Positions 1 through 25,904 of a stretch of 64,000 nucleotides of DNA are shown one piece after another (position 1 is the first letter of the stretch; each line of letters opens with the position of its first letter). The translations under genes and the position numbers were made by a program. The stretch spans positions 2,914,001 through 2,978,000 of the forward strand of contig CM074813.1 in NCBI GenBank assembly GCA_037447605.1, written 5' to 3'. Below the pieces are notes generated by a model, which saw only the letters and a program-made list of their open reading frames with translations, had not been told where the DNA came from and ran no database searches. Source of the stretch: Zygnema circumcarinatum SAG 698-1b (taxonomy: Eukaryota > Plantae > Zygnematophyceae).

Positions 1-1089
1 GCACGCTGTGACGGAGCAACTCGCGCTGCGTTTTACAATGCACTAGCAGACCTGCTATGGCGCTTTGGACAGGTGAGGAGAGGGGGGAGGGAGAGGTGGG
101 AGGGAGAGGTGGGAGGGAGAGGTGAGAGGGAGAGGTGGGAGGGAGAGGTGGGAGGGAGAGGTGGGAGGGAGAGGAGGGAAGGAGTGGCGGAAGGGGTGAG
201 GGGTGAGGGGTGAGGAGTATTGGTGGTAAAGTTCTTATGACTGATGATTTTGGGTCATAGGTCTTTTTGGTGTTTTGGGCATGTCAAGAGTATGCATGTT
301 TGAGGTGTTCTGAGTGTTTTGGTACTTAAAAGTATTTTTGGGTATACTGGGGAATCAAACAGCCCTGATATTCGTGCCATAACTTTTCATGGATAGCTGA
401 AGTTTTCATTGGTTGTGGTTTTTTTCCACTTTGGTTTGACTCATTGCCTGTGCATTTATATGTTGTTTTTCACAGAGAGCTGAATGCTTACGAGTTCTTC
501 AGGCTGCCCGAAGACGACAAGTTTATGAAAAAGCGGTCTGGAATTCAGAGACGGAGGGTTCCACTGTTGATCTCCACCTCATGTCTGTGGGAGCTGCTCT
601 CACTATGCTTCACTTGTGGTTGCTCGACCTCCGAGCAGCGGCTGTGGAAGGTCGAGAATTGCCGCGTTTACTCAGGTGAAACAATCTACTATATAAATTT
701 GTATTAATTTTTGGAATGTTTGGAACCTCAGACTCTCAGGTGTGGTGGAGAGAGAGAGGGGAGGGAGATAAAAGGTGGGGAAGGAGCACATGGAAGTGAT
801 GTAATGAACATCTCTCTCTCTCACACTCTCTCTCTCTCCTTTCTCTCTCTCTGTGTTGTGGGTGAGCAGTATTTTGACTGGATGGGGGCGACACAGCAAA
901 GTCGCAGGCGACAGTGTTGTGAAGAGGGAAGTGGACTCACATTTGGCTGAGATCAACTCCCCGTTCCATGTGTCAAAACAAAACGAGGGACGGATCATAG
1001 CATTTGGATCCGCCGTGTCCCATTGGCTGCTCCAGCCGGAGACTGCGCCACTCATTCTGCTGCGAGACGTGAGGGGGGAGAGTCTGTGA
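1..1089 (+). CDS. GUN1: GENOMES UNCOUPLED 1 homolog (PPR-SMR protein), 3' part only; exons <1-72, 476-675, 870-1089
   Basis: Spliced translation ...AFYNALADLLWRFGQ|RAECLRVLQAARRRQVYEKAVW...VDLHLMSVGAALTMLHLWLLDLRAAAVEGRELPRLLS|ILTGWGRHSKVAGDSVVKREVDSHLAEINSPFHVSKQNEGRIIAFGSAVSHWL...* matches the GUN1 SMR-region motifs (DLHLMSxGAA, LSILTGWGKHSKVxGD, PFHxSKxNxGR). GT-AG sites are phase-consistent. Confidence 0.9.
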
Positions 1090-2291
1090 GGCGGCCTCTG
1101 TGTGGCAGCTTGTCACGGGAGGTGATGTACAAAGGCAATATTAGGGTTGTTGTGTGTAGGAGGGAGAGGGAGAGAGTCAGTTGTAGAGCACGGGATTATG
1201 GTCGTTTCTTTTTTTTGGGGAGGTTGGAAATTAGAGGAGGGGGGTCTGTAGGAGGGAGAGGCGAGAGGCGAAGGACGAGGGGAAAACATTTGTTGGTGCG
1301 GTTGTGCCTGTAGAGTACTGGGATGACTACGTGACTGTTTATGACTCGGAGATAAAAGTGAGAGAAAGTTAGAAAGTTGGGAAGAGAGAGAGGGGGGGGG
1401 GGAGGGGGGGTGAGAGAGGTAGATGGGAGGAGGGACAAAGGGGGAGTGGTAGGAGGGAGAGGTATGGCTAATATATTCACCGTAGTGTGGAGGTCTCCCC
1501 TCTTGAACCCTGTACTTTGTATTTCTGACTTGCAGAGGAAGCATGGTTGGCTGCATGGTTTCTCGAAGCTGTGTATTGGAGGCACATATGAGGTCGGTGC
1601 CATGCTAGTTCTATGCAAGCTGAAACGGAGTCGTGCTACTCTTCAAATTTAAAAGTTCATTCCTATGCTAATAAGAGGTTTCCAACTTGAAAAGTTTCAT
1701 GCATCAAAAAATTCGATACCAGTAGCCATGTGACGAACTAAATTAGTGGGAGCGAAACAAATGTCATTTGCTTCACAAAAGGAAATCCATACCAAACTAT
1801 TTTAGGCCTGAGGCCCCATTCTGGAAGGGGAGGGGAGAAGAGGGGAGGGGGCGGTTGGTTGTGATTGGGTTTCGGAAGGGTAGATAGAGAAGGCATAACC
1901 TGCATCTTAAATACCTGACAGGGTAGCCCCCACCTCTCCTTAGAGAAGGACCATTTATTCTCAACAGGCAGCACTTTGCTGAGGAACACAAAATGGGAAT
2001 CACCCCCCCTTAGAATGAGGGCGCAATTTGTAGGAACGATCACCCGAACAGGACCTCAACCAACACTTTGTCCTTAAGCCAACTTTTTCGCCCAAATGAA
2101 AGAAGCCCCAACTCCTGACTAAGCTTTCATTCCCCACTAGCTACAAGGAATCACACCTCTACTTCTCAACTTCAAGTGTTGCCTTCCGAGCTTCATAACA
2201 GTCTTACCTTTACTCCCACATAGCACGATACTTACACCACCATAACCGTAAAATTCACCAATTGGAATTTAAAGGTTACCCATTCCCGCTA

Positions 2292-9491
<7,200 letters not shown>

Positions 9492-10211
9492 GGTGGAATG
9501 AGGGGGAGAGAGATGAAATGAGAGATTTAGAACATATAGGAAGAAGGGGAGCAAGACAGGTAAATGGAAAGAGGGAGGGAGAGGGAGAGGGGGAGAGAGA
9601 GAGGGAGAGAGAGGGTGAGGGGGGGAGAGAGAGGGAGGGAGAGGGAGGGAGAGGGAGCCATGCCTTCAAGGAGAGAAAGTGCAGCAGTCTCCTGCTAGGG
9701 TTTGTAACCATCCGCGGTTCTATGCAGTTTAACGGGCCACACAGTTCAAGGCCAGTTATAGTAAATTCTGTAACATAGAGCTAAATTCGTATCGTATTGA
9801 ACTGAAATGTAATTAGAGTATCGTATCGCGATATATCGAGACCCCTTTCTAAAAGCAAGAGGGAGGCTGCTCTGCCTGCTCTCACCTGACGGGTTTTCTC
9901 TAGTGTTGATCCTAAAATACCACCTGCTCCGGACAGCAATGTCTGCCCATTTTCTGCCCTTTTTGGAGCTCATGTGCGACTAAGTGATGCGAACATGAGA
10001 AAAACAAGAGTGAAATATTACTTCACTGATTCAAATATCACTCCTTAAACAGAGAATTGAGCCAGAAGCATATATGATATATGGTACAAATCCAGCAAGC
10101 CGCTCCGCTTTGCCACACTTAGTTCTGATTAAGAATTCTCTATTGAAGGACGGCTTCGTGAATAAAGATGGCTTGAAACGTGCAGCTATTGTTCGTTGCT
10201 TGACCGCCGCC

Positions 10212-15038
<4,827 letters not shown>

Positions 15039-16426
15039 ATGGTGAGTAGTCGGGGCGCGGAAGGAGAGAGGGTCGCCAGGTAGTCAGACTAGCATTATTG
15101 TTGCACATGTAGGCGAGTGGAGAATAGAGAAAGAGACAGGAAGGGAGAGAGAGGAAGAGTGAGAGAGAGGTAGAGAGCATTGTAAAGACAGATGACAATG
15201 AAAGTAGGCCAATGAGAAATCTAACAGGTATAGCGATGGTGGATGGTACCGCTCTCTGTATCCGAGGCAAAAGGAGATCCAGAATGATTTCTCGAATGTT
15301 CTGTCGGGTGGTAAATAAAACCAAGATAAAGAAGCATATGACCACGAAAGAACATTACTTCTTCTTTTGTGCAATATCTCGTTTTTGTTTTTTGGGCAGT
15401 TCCAATCCGCCCAATTGTACCACATCCCACTACCTTCTTCCTCCGCCTATTCCTGAAACACCCGTTTGATGCCACGCACAGCACACATTGGATGATCTCT
15501 AAACTTTTGATAAGGTTGATCATTTTTCACTTCTTTGAGCACGTGCGGACTTTCTCCATTCATCAAGGCCTTAGGCAACTTTCAATTCAATATCTTCAAA
15601 CATGTCATCCAAGGGCCTCATATCCTCATTTCCTCATATCATCGCAATTTTGATTTGAAATGAATGCTGCAGCGTGAGTGCAAGGGCTGATTGGTGAGAA
15701 TTAGCCAAGAGTCCAACAGAGAATAGTTGATGAAATTACAGTGGAGGAAAATGGTATGGTATTAATGGAAAATGGTATTAAAGTGGTATGCCATACTGCG
15801 TGGGAAACAAGCTCGGCAGTAAGTAAGAAACTGAAACAAATTAAAAAAAAAAATGGAAAGTCAAGACTCAATGGGCATGTCAAGATATCCCGGGTGCAGA
15901 GATTAACACCCATGCATGCATGATGAGCAATTCAGTCAATGCACCGATAATCACCTCTCGGAATATCCTCGTTCATGTGCACAATATCACCAGCCTTTAA
16001 GGCACAATCGTGGGAGAGCCCCCAAAAAAGGTCTTGAATAATCAAGAAAACTAAAGACACTCTATTCTCTTCGTGGTTGCAGGCGGGTCAGCAAGTGATA
16101 GTTGCGTGGCTCCACTCGGGGGGCATCGAGAAAAAATAAGTATGTACGCAGACACATCCGTTGATGCCCCTCCTCAAACACTCCTATTCATTCATACTTA
16201 TTCGCTCTTCCCCTTCCCCACCTTCCCCTCCCTCTCTCCTCTGCCTCCTCTCCCTATCGTATCAATGTACCTTAAGCACACACACCTATTAAAATATGAG
16301 TAGATGCAGTTATTAAATTTGAAACCACAAGTTATACCCCCCTTGTGTCGATGAGGGGATCCACCACCATGTACACGAGTCATAGCAACCGTTAGGTTGG
16401 GTATATGTGCTCTCTTAGTCTCACAT

Positions 16427-19379
16427 TCAGGTCGATTCGATGGTAAGGAACCACGCCATGACGAGGAGCACGATGGGGTCCACCACGTCATCCATGGTGA
16501 GCTTGAAAACTGCAGAAGTGCCGCGCACCTTGTTGTAGATCCCCACTTGGGAGCCCCTGGAGTTGTCCTTCTTGCGTCTCATGAAGGACATGCTGTTGCC
16601 CTGCTTCACCCTTATCAGCTCCACCATGCTCGCTCCCAGCTGGGGTCGCTCTTCTCCATTCACCTGGTCGAGAACGAAATGCAATGGTTTTAAAAAAAAC
16701 AACTCCGTCAAATTAAAAAAAAACGCCGCACCACTCTCCCTCTCCCCAACATCCGGCCACTCCCCAGCTCTTCTCAAACATCCCAGTAACGAGTGCCCTC
16801 CTCTCCTAAATCACACAGATAATGCACAGACACATAAGTATACACACATACAGAACATATGAACATGCGCACACACACGTAAACATACAGACATGGACAC
16901 ATTATTTATGCCAATTGCAACAGACTATCAGACCTTCAAGCAATATCAGAACTTCACATGCTTCACAAACGTGGACATGAAAACTTATCTGTCAATACCT
17001 TAATCCATCAATCTGCCAAACACCAACACAAAATAATACATTTATCTGACAGATGCCCAAACCTGAGGACTTGGAGCTGCATCGATGTAGTCTTTGCCCA
17101 AAGTAACAGCCACGGGCCTGCCGTTGGCATAAAGCCGCGCTTCTGTCGCAGCTCCGCAAGCACAGCGCAGCCCCGCGGAATCGTTGTACCACGGATCATC
17201 GTTGATCTCTCGCACCAACATCATCAACACGTCTCCAGTGACGCCGTGCTGCACAATAGGACTACCAAAACATTAATCAAAATTTCATTCGGTAGTTGCA
17301 TCCTCCTGTTTACATCACCCGCCTCCTTTGCCCTATGCCAGTGCCTATGTTTTTGCTACCGCTTTCACTGGTTCTCTCTTTCACACGATCTCCTCCCTGG
17401 TATGTCACCATTCCTCACCCACTCCGCCTCCTCTTATACTCACTCTGCTTTGATCTTCCTCTCCCTCTACCTCTCATGCTTGTTCTTCATTCCCGTCTCC
17501 GCACTTTCAGCGCAAATCCCTCGTCTATACGTCTTTCAATCTCTCTGCATCACTCTCCCTTCAAATTGAGGACAAGTTATAAGTTTACCTTCACAAGTGC
17601 AGTATGGTTTGATGCTCGGTATTCAAGAGTCACGAGGGGTCTAATCTGAAACAGAACACAACAAACAAGAAAAAAAAATTCATAAGGAAAAGTAGTAGGC
17701 ACTCTGAGTTCGAGAGGAATCGAAAGAGGCCAGTAACAACTAAAAACATTACTATACTGCAAACCATTTGTGCTATTGGCGATGTTTGTATTGCTTTTGC
17801 TCTAGGCACTCGACCCAAGTTGATAAAATAGTACCTTTATGCACTTCAGTTCATGCTCACAGGCCAAAACAGCTTCTACTTTCTAAGTGGAACTCCTTAT
17901 CCCAGTTACACACTTCCAAATATACGGTTCAGCGGAGAAAAGTAAAATTCATCAGAAACACACAAACACGAATGAAAGAAAGGCGTGATGTTCAGTCTAG
18001 TTTTGACTTTTCTCCGACTTTTGAAGGTCCTCCCCATCTCTCCCTCTTTTTCCGCCTCCTCCCTCCACTCTAGGACTCCCCATCCTTCTCTTGCGCCTCC
18101 AGGCTCCCTATGGGTTTCTTCCTCTTCCTCTGCCTCCACTTTCTCCATTTATCATTCCCTCTCCTTAACTTTCTCTCGGCTTTTCGAATCACCACCATTT
18201 TTCTCCCGACTTCTCAACCCCATTCTCTCCTCTCTTCTTTCCCGCTTCCTCTACCTCCCCGTCCTCGCCCTCCCCCACTTCCCTCCCCCTCCTTCCTCTG
18301 TCCTCCCCAACAGACCTGGAGAATTCCCAAAACAGAAGGCAGGGAGGGAAAGGAAAAATCAAACATTCCACAACAATAGACAATGGTCTAAGCCGCACCT
18401 GAGTTACAACGGCAGTCTCTTCCGCAGAAAGATCACCAGCGTACACGTGGCGGTCGTGGCTCAGGGAGCCCTTAGCCGGTCGATATGTGACCATGTTTCC
18501 AGTCTCTCTGCAAAGAACACAATTTGGAAATCGTTGAGGAACCATTCATCAAAATTAAACTTACGAAACATTACAGTGAAAGGGCTCTGAATGTACTTAA
18601 ACGGCAAACAGGAAAGCAAAAGGATTTCTGGTTAACGAACACTTTGTCCAAGGTTTGCATCTTGAAAATTGCAGTCTTGAAAGGAACGGGAGTGAAGAGG
18701 GTGAAATTTTCTGTACTTTAGGGTCCCTCGGATGACATTCAGAGGAGCATTGTCCGTCTTGTAGGCCTTCGCCTGCAAGAAAAAAAAAAAAAAAGGGGGG
18801 GGGCAAACCATCCATAATCGATAAAACCAATACAACCAATGACAACCACATAAATAAGTCATTCAATCACACCTTGCAAGAGTGGAAACATCCAATATCA
18901 AACATATCCTTTTTTTTTAAGAAGGCATTCACATTGTCGAAGCCATTGTGCACGCCAAGAATGCTCAAGGAGGCTTAACCAGGGTGTGAATTAAGCTATA
19001 GTAAAGAAAAGTGAAAACAAACATAAACTAAATTTTATGTCGATACAGTTTGAGAAGATGAGCGGAAAACATATTCCGCAAGCAATCTCGCCTGCTCCAA
19101 ATAAGCCGACAAACTCAGTCACCTCGAAGACTTATGAGGTTGTGGAAATGTTCTCAGAAAGGGGCTTATGTTGCAAGTAATGAAAGCGGGAAAATTTGCC
19201 AAAATAGACAAATGTCCATTAGATCGCTCTCCAGAAAGTTTGATATCAACGAGGTGTCTCTTCTCACTCTCTCTCTCCCTTCCCCCCCACCCCCTCCCCC
19301 CCCCCCCTCTTCCCTCTGATAACAGACACACCTGATCAACAATCCTCTTTGGTGTAGACTTGCCAGCAACTTGACCCAT
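16427..19379 (-). CDS. Uncharacterised 230-aa protein, possible LURP1/tubby-C/scramblase-like fold with an N-myristoylation motif; exons 19379-19332, 18772-18717, 18507-18399, 17645-17589, 17248-17063, 16663-16427
   Basis: Six GT-AG exons (48, 56, 109, 57, 186, 237 nt) join in phase into one open frame, MGQVAGKSTPKRIVDQ...FKLTMDDVVDPIVLLVMAWFLTIEST*. The fold call rests only on a beta-rich pattern plus a C-terminal hydrophobic helix. Confidence 0.75.
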
Positions 19380-20072
19380 TGCGTCCAAGTTTTCTGTCGA
19401 CAGGGAAAAAGTTAAGAGTAAGATGCACTATTCAAGTATACAATCTTTTTATTCAAAGACCTCCAATTCTTGCAGTGCTTGCAAGCAAACTCATGGAAAG
19501 CTGGTGTCCAAAAACAAGCTTCAGATGAATCTAAATATAGTAGTGCATGGTTGCTAGTTTCCTTCTAGCTGCTGAGGCATTTACAGGCCATTGACAGGAT
19601 CAGAAACTCAGCAAGCCAAGGCGCTATCCGCATAGACAACGTTGAGTAGACCAGCAACAGAGAGAGAAACCAGAGTTTGCGTGGCGCAATTGAATGTCAA
19701 TCAAGCAAATGCTCCTATAGCTTCAAGAACAACGCTTGAAAACCGACAATATTCCCGCCCTCACTCCCTGCCTACTACCTCCCGCCTATCCACGCCATCC
19801 ATCTCTACCTCACGCCCTCCCACATTTCCTCCCTCACTCGCTCTCTTCGTTCTTCTCTCGACTCCCTGATCGCCCGCCGATCCTTCTATCCCTTCCCTCC
19901 TCCATCCCGCCCCCTTCCCCTATTCCTTTCATATTACAATAAATCTGCTTACTTTGATGTGCCGGTTCCAAAAATAGTGAAATCCAAACTTCTGCGAGCG
20001 AGAAGGGGAGAGCAAGAGGGGGAGAGAGAGAGCAAGAGAGAAAGAATGAAAGAGAGGTAGGAGACGGCAGAT

Positions 20073-20110
<38 letters not shown>

Positions 20111-20249
20111 TGGGGGAGTAAGAGCTCTGACAACCTACAGGACTCTTGTCAAGTTCGAAGGTTCCATGTGATGCAAAAACCGTTCTTTGTTTGAATCGTT
20201 TGATTTTGACCGTTCCGTCGCAAATCCGACCGTTCAGAACTTCAATCCC

Positions 20250-20314
20250 GTACAATTTGTACAGTGCCGTACAAAAGTCATACACCGCCGTACAGGCTTC
20301 GTACACTGTCGTAC
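20250..20314. promoter_or_regulatory. GTAC array with about 10-bp spacing, upstream of the 230-aa gene
   Basis: GTAC at 20250, 20259, 20269, 20290, 20301, 20311 (ATAC at about 20280). Function is inferred only. Confidence 0.5.
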
Positions 20315-20891
20315 AAACCAGGGCCGGTTTTGGTCCAGTTTGCAACTGCAGTTTTGTACAATCGTGCAAAGGGGACAAAAAAATGGAAAGGAAGTCCTTA
20401 AGGTGACGTCACACCCCTTAACTATTCTGTCATACGGACAGGAAATGTACGGATTGTGACCACGGTCCACAGTTTCGCTGAAACGTGGCAGCAAGTGACG
20501 ACAAAATGTCTGACCACGCCGCCTTTTGGACGTTGGCCGAAGTGCCGCTGTGAAACCCGGAGCCAATGGGGAGGCGCCGGCCAACGGCTACACGCTAACT
20601 GGAAGTGAGAAAGCTTACACATGTGCGAAGGTCACCTACCATATGCCGTTCCATGTTCTCCAGTTCAGGAAATACCGGGATACAAACTGGACTGCAAACT
20701 GAACTGTGTGAAATGCACATGTAAATTGCATATGCACATGATGGGCTTCATGATGGTATGTGCTCCAAAAGTCACCAATTCCACAACACGCTTGCCGCCG
20801 CTCCCCCACCGCCCTCACCAACCCTACAAAACGAGGAACACTTACCTACCAACACTAATAACAATCGGTAACTTAAGATCAAATGGTAACC

Positions 20892-23800
20892 CTAATACTG
20901 CGGCCCGGGGATGGAGTGTATGGGCTGCCCCTTGTCATTCCGAGCCATGATTTGGCGCGCGAGCGAGACCTGCTTCCCTATGGCGAGTACAAAGACGCTG
21001 CCGGTCCCCCCCGGTCCCCGCGCGGTCCTCCCCACGCGGCGGACGTACTCGCTGGGGTCCCTCGGGAAGTCAAACAGGACCACTTGGTCAACGTCCAACG
21101 AGTCCACTCCTCGCGAGGCTCTGCGCCAATCACAAGGGAACACGTGTCAAACACGGGAGGGTTGGTTGGGATAGGACGAAAGGGAGTATGGGGAAAATGG
21201 CATTGAACCCACGAGCGCGATGAGGCCATCAAATGTACATGGACAAAAGCAGCATGGGGAACCACGAGGGATTGGACTGGTCGCAAAGGAACTAAGCACA
21301 AAAGAAAGAAGCTAAGAGCGGAAAGCTACGCCTACCGCGTACGCCTACCGTTTGGGACAACATAGAACCCCAGCTCCTCACAAACGTAACAATGCTACAA
21401 TGTTTCAATCAGGTAGATAGGTAGAATGGTACAAGGTAAGATATAACTGAGTAAACATAGAACCATCCTGTTTGGGACGACATAGAACCGCACTCTAGAG
21501 AACAAACTATGACGCCCCAACTCCTCACAAACCGTTACAATGTTCCAATGTTGCAATTAGGTAGATAGGTAGAATGGTACAAGGTGGGTAAGAGGTAAGT
21601 GAATGGTGGGGTGTGTACCTATCCGTGCAGACGAGAATGAGACGTTTGCGTTGGCGCTGCTGCAGGAAGCGTGAGAGGGCCTCTTGGCGGGCTGGCTGAG
21701 AGAGCGCCGCGTGGCAGGGCAGCACTTCATATCTCTGCCCCGTCCGGTCATTCCTCTGGAGAACGTTCTCCACCTTGCGGCAAGTCTCAATCTGTCATGT
21801 CAAATAAAAGAGCCTGTTTTTAGGGTTTTCAAAAATTTGGAGGGTAGGAGACTCTGGGAGGTATTTGGAGTTTCGGAGGTCTTATGGGCTCTTACTGTAC
21901 TTTAGGGTTTGGTGTTCCAAGGTCGTCAGGATTGATTGGACTTTCAGGGTTTCGGGGTTATCAGGATTTTTGCTTTCTTCCTTTGAAGAGGGAGTCTGTG
22001 ACGAGGCAGGAAGCCAACGAAAAAAGAGCTTTTTATTTCCATTTCCACATTTCTTTGAAATTTTACATCGGTAGCCCCCTTCCCATACCTTGTTGCAGAA
22101 AATTATAGTTTTTGCTGCCCCCCGCTGATCAACCAGCTTCAGCAGCGCCTCTTTTTTCCGCTCAAAGGCGACTTCCGGAGTCTTCTCTTGTCCGCCACTG
22201 CAGTCCACTAATACCTGATCCCCCACAACACATCAACTCCATCTCATTCGTACTGTCTGTGTGTGTGCGAGAGAGAGAGGGAAAGAGGGAGGACACGAGA
22301 GAGAGAGAGAGAGAAAGAAGAGAGAGAGAGGGAGAGAGCTATTAACAGGAATAATGGAAAAAAGGGGAAAGATGGGGAGCCTGAATAGCATAAATGGACG
22401 TAAAAAAGGGGTAAATTGGGGCAAGTATATGTATATATATATGTATATACCTCTTGCAGGCCTGTAGCAGTTCTGTGGAGGGAGGGACCCATGAGACTAA
22501 CGGCACCGGGATAGAGTTCTAGAAGGCCGTCGTGTACTTCCACTGGGAGGGTCGCGCTGACGTGGACGAATTGGGTGCTGCCACTTGGCACGCCGGCACG
22601 AATAGGCCGCAGAGCTTCCGCAAAGTCCTCATCATCAAAGAGAATATCGGCTTCATCAACGACCACACTGCCCGGAACAAAGGGGAAAAAAAATGCGGGC
22701 GGAGTTGGGTTTCGAAAATTGAAAGGAGAGAGGTTAGGGGGGAGAGAGAGGATGATATCCCAAAAAGGGGAGTCTGATCAGGAAAACGACAAGAGGGTGT
22801 AAGTGACGGGGAAAGGTGGGGAGTGAAACTCTATCTGCAGACTGGGGACTCTCTCTCTCCCTCTCTCTCTCCCGTCAACCCTCTGCCTATCCCTGTCACT
22901 TTCCTTCTCACTCTGTCTTTATCTCTCGCAAACCCTCTCCCTCTTCTTCTTCCTCCCTCATTCTCTCCCTCCTCCACTCCCCTTCCCTCCCTGGACTCAA
23001 CCCTCCCATTTCCCCTCAACCCCTCTACCTCTCTCTCTCTCTCACCTTTTAACAGCACCCAGTTTAATGGAACCGGCTTCTACGTGCTGCAGCAGGCGGC
23101 CAGGTGTCGCCACCACAATCTCCGCCCCTCCCGCCAAGCTCTCCACTTGGGTGCGCCACGTTCTGCCACCTGTCACTGCCTGAGATCGCAGCCGGAGACC
23201 TCCGCTTGACAGCTGTCGGCATACGCCGAGGACCTATAAACCCCATTTGCACACCATTCCCAAAAGTTCATTTCCAGCAACTGACTACCTAGAAACCCTA
23301 CTGACATCAAGAATCCAGAATTCAGGGAGTTCATTTTTTGCTTAGTTTGTAAATTAAGCTTCGACGTATAGCAATGTGCCACGTCTGCTCCCCCTCTTCT
23401 GAAAATCTGCTATGTAGCACTAACTCGTCGTCCCGATAGAAAAGTGCCATGGCATGCAGAGCTGAAGTTTCCGCCAATCTAAAGGTGCCATGTGGCATTA
23501 CGATCCTCCACTGAAAGCATGCCACGTGTCAGTTGAAAGAGGTGCCATGTCAATGTCACCTGTGCTGCCAACTCAGCAGTGGGTACGAGGATGAGAGCGT
23601 AAGGATGGTTCTTCTGAGCACGCTTCCCTCCTCCCACTCCCCCTTCCCCTCTCGCTCCCTCTCCCTCCCTCTCCTCCTCATGCAGGCGCTGCATGATGGG
23701 GGCCAAGTAGGCGAGGGTTTTCCCTGTGCCCGTTTGGTCGGCTATAAGGCAGTCCTTTCCGTTTAACACAGGCTTGTAGCTCATGGCCTGCGCAGGAAAG

Positions 23801-25904
23801 AGCCCAAAAACTGTATGAAAATTTGGCTGAAATTTTTACATGCAATGAGGGTTAAAGTTTAGCAAGGAAGGGACATACTTGATAATGTTTTAGGGATCTT
23901 ACAGCTTCTATAGCTCTTGGTATGTTTTTGAATTTTGCAGTGACGGCCACAAATGGGTACTTCGAAGGTTATTCTATGGTTAAGAAAACATACCTGAATA
24001 TGTGATGGTCGAGTGATTCCTATAGACGAAAGAGCCTTCATAGAAATTTCATTTGCGCCAATTTGGCGAAAACTTTTTGCACTCAAAAACTCATCCACGA
24101 GACTTTCATCAAAATTTGCTCGACCTTCGCCCGCCATCACAACTCGGGAAGCTCGAGAAGGATTCCTCTCCTCTCTCTCGCTTTCCCTCTCTCCCTCCCT
24201 CCCTCTGCCATCTGAGAGGCCATTTTCCGAGCCCAACGAAACCGCAGCATCCCCCCGCCTCCTCCCACTCGCAGTCTCCTCCTCAGACATTTTCTCTAAC
24301 CCTAGAGCTTTCCTTCTAAGAGAATTCAAAAACTCTTTACTATTATTTAAAACTTCTCCCTCTCTTTCTGCCAACTTTCTAGCCCTTTTTGGATCCTCCT
24401 CCTCGTCCTCGTCAAGATCGATAATTCCCTCAAAGCCTTCTCTGGCGGCTGCCTCCGCTCTCCTCTCACTTTCCCTTCGCTCCCGCTCCCTCTCTCTCTC
24501 CCTCTCCCTCTCCCTTTCTCTCTCCTTCTCACCCTCTCTCAACCTTTCCTTCTCCCTCTCTCGCTCGCGCTCTTCCTCTCCTTCCCGAACTTCCTTTACC
24601 TCTCCATGTAGGTTTCCTCTCTTTCCATCTTTCCTGCTCTCCCACGTTTCCTCTTTCTGATTATCTCTTCTTCCCTCTCCCTGTTCACTCTTCATGTCGC
24701 TCTTTGTAGCAATTTGCTCAACAACCGCAGCCACAGTATTGACATCTGGCAACCTTTTCAGATCCTTCTCCTTCTTCCCTTCCTCCCTTCCCCTCCCTTC
24801 CACCTCCTCCACCCTCCCGTTACCCTCTGCCATTGATACCCTCCCTCCTCGCCCTTTCCCTAACCCTACTCCCTCCTCCTCCTCCTCGTCTTCCTCCTCC
24901 TCGTCTTCCTCCTCCCACAACCCCCCCTCCTCCCCTTCCTCCCCCTCCTCCACCTCCTCCCACTCATCCTCCTCTCCCTCCTCCCACTCCTCTCCCTCCT
25001 CTCCAGTGATACGTGAGCCCTTCGCTGCATACCCCCCCGAGGGAAGGTACTTATCCCCCTCCAGAAGCTTCCAGAGTTCATCATCACTCAAATCCCCTGA
25101 ACCCAAAATCTCCGTATGCTCGAATCGGAGATCCTCAGCCGTCGGTTTGACCCAATCTGCCCCTTCATCCGGGCCCCATACGAACACCATCTCCCCCGTT
25201 TCCGGGTCCTTCATAGAGAACATCCCGGGGGGAAGCTCCCGGTTGCCCTGAACCCCATCTCCCTCTCCAAGGTTCTTAGGGCTCCTAGGGTTAGTACGGC
25301 GGGGTTCAGTGGCGTTCACACTCGCAGAAAAGGGCTTAGGGTTTCTGGAGGCAAGTGCAGAACGTCCTGCTCCGCGGCGCGCTGAGAATCTGGAAGAGCT
25401 TGAACCCTGCCACGTGTCCCTGCTAGGCCCTGAACCCTGCCTCTCGCCCCTCCCTGAACCCTCAGCCCCCGCTGAACCCTCCCTGCCGTTATCTCTCCTC
25501 CCTTCCGAGCTGCGCCACGTCCCTGAACCCTGCCTCCCTCCCCTCCCTGAACTCTCGGTCTGCCCTGAACCCTCTCCCTGTCCCCCTGTCCTTCCTGCTC
25601 TGCCCCGGGCCCTGAACCCTTCCGCTGCAAACCCTAAAAGGACGTTCCATGGGCCCTTGTTCCGGCCGACCCTCGTACGCTTCACAAACCTTGAGAGCTC
25701 CTCGTCCGATGACCTCCACGTGGCACCACGACACGTCAGACTCCTCCCCTTGCGCCACGTGGCACTCCCCCCCGCCCAGCAAGAGGCCACTCGTCCCTTC
25801 CGAGAGAGCTTCCGGCCCTCCTCTGCCACGTGTCGCGCTGTCAGAGGCCGAGCAAGCGGCGCTGCTGCCACATGAGCTGCCACGTGTCCTGCCAGGCTTG
25901 TCAT
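20892..25904 (-). CDS. RH50: Plastid DEAD-box RNA helicase RH50 homolog; exons 25904-23994, 23787-23560, 23233-23046, 22667-22451, 22214-22089, 21791-21619, 21120-20892
   Basis: Motifs [117 protein letters not shown]. The RH50-type features (RRVGRT motif [10 protein letters not shown]) are present. The ORF-track start at 25952 is TTG; the first ATG is 25904. Confidence 0.92.
21215..21335 (-). repeat. Copy of an approximately 115-bp dispersed repeat (others at 49786 and 51424), in the last RH50 intron
   Basis: Reverse complement TAGGCGTAGCTTTCCGCTCTTAGCTTCTTTCTTTTGTGCTTAG..CTTTGCGACCAGT..CCCTCGTGGTTCCCCATGCTGCTTTTGTCCATGTACATTTGATGGCCTC aligns with both other copies. Confidence 0.85.

Noticed and set aside
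15180-16050. Possible Harbinger/DDE transposase remnant (MVDGTALCIRG) after DXO1
   Set aside because: One short motif only, with no TIR/TSD and no further catalytic blocks; likely 3' UTR or degenerate sequence.
21351-21590. Approximately 120-bp imperfect tandem duplication in the RH50 last intron
   Set aside because: Ordinary local duplication with no coding or structural signal.
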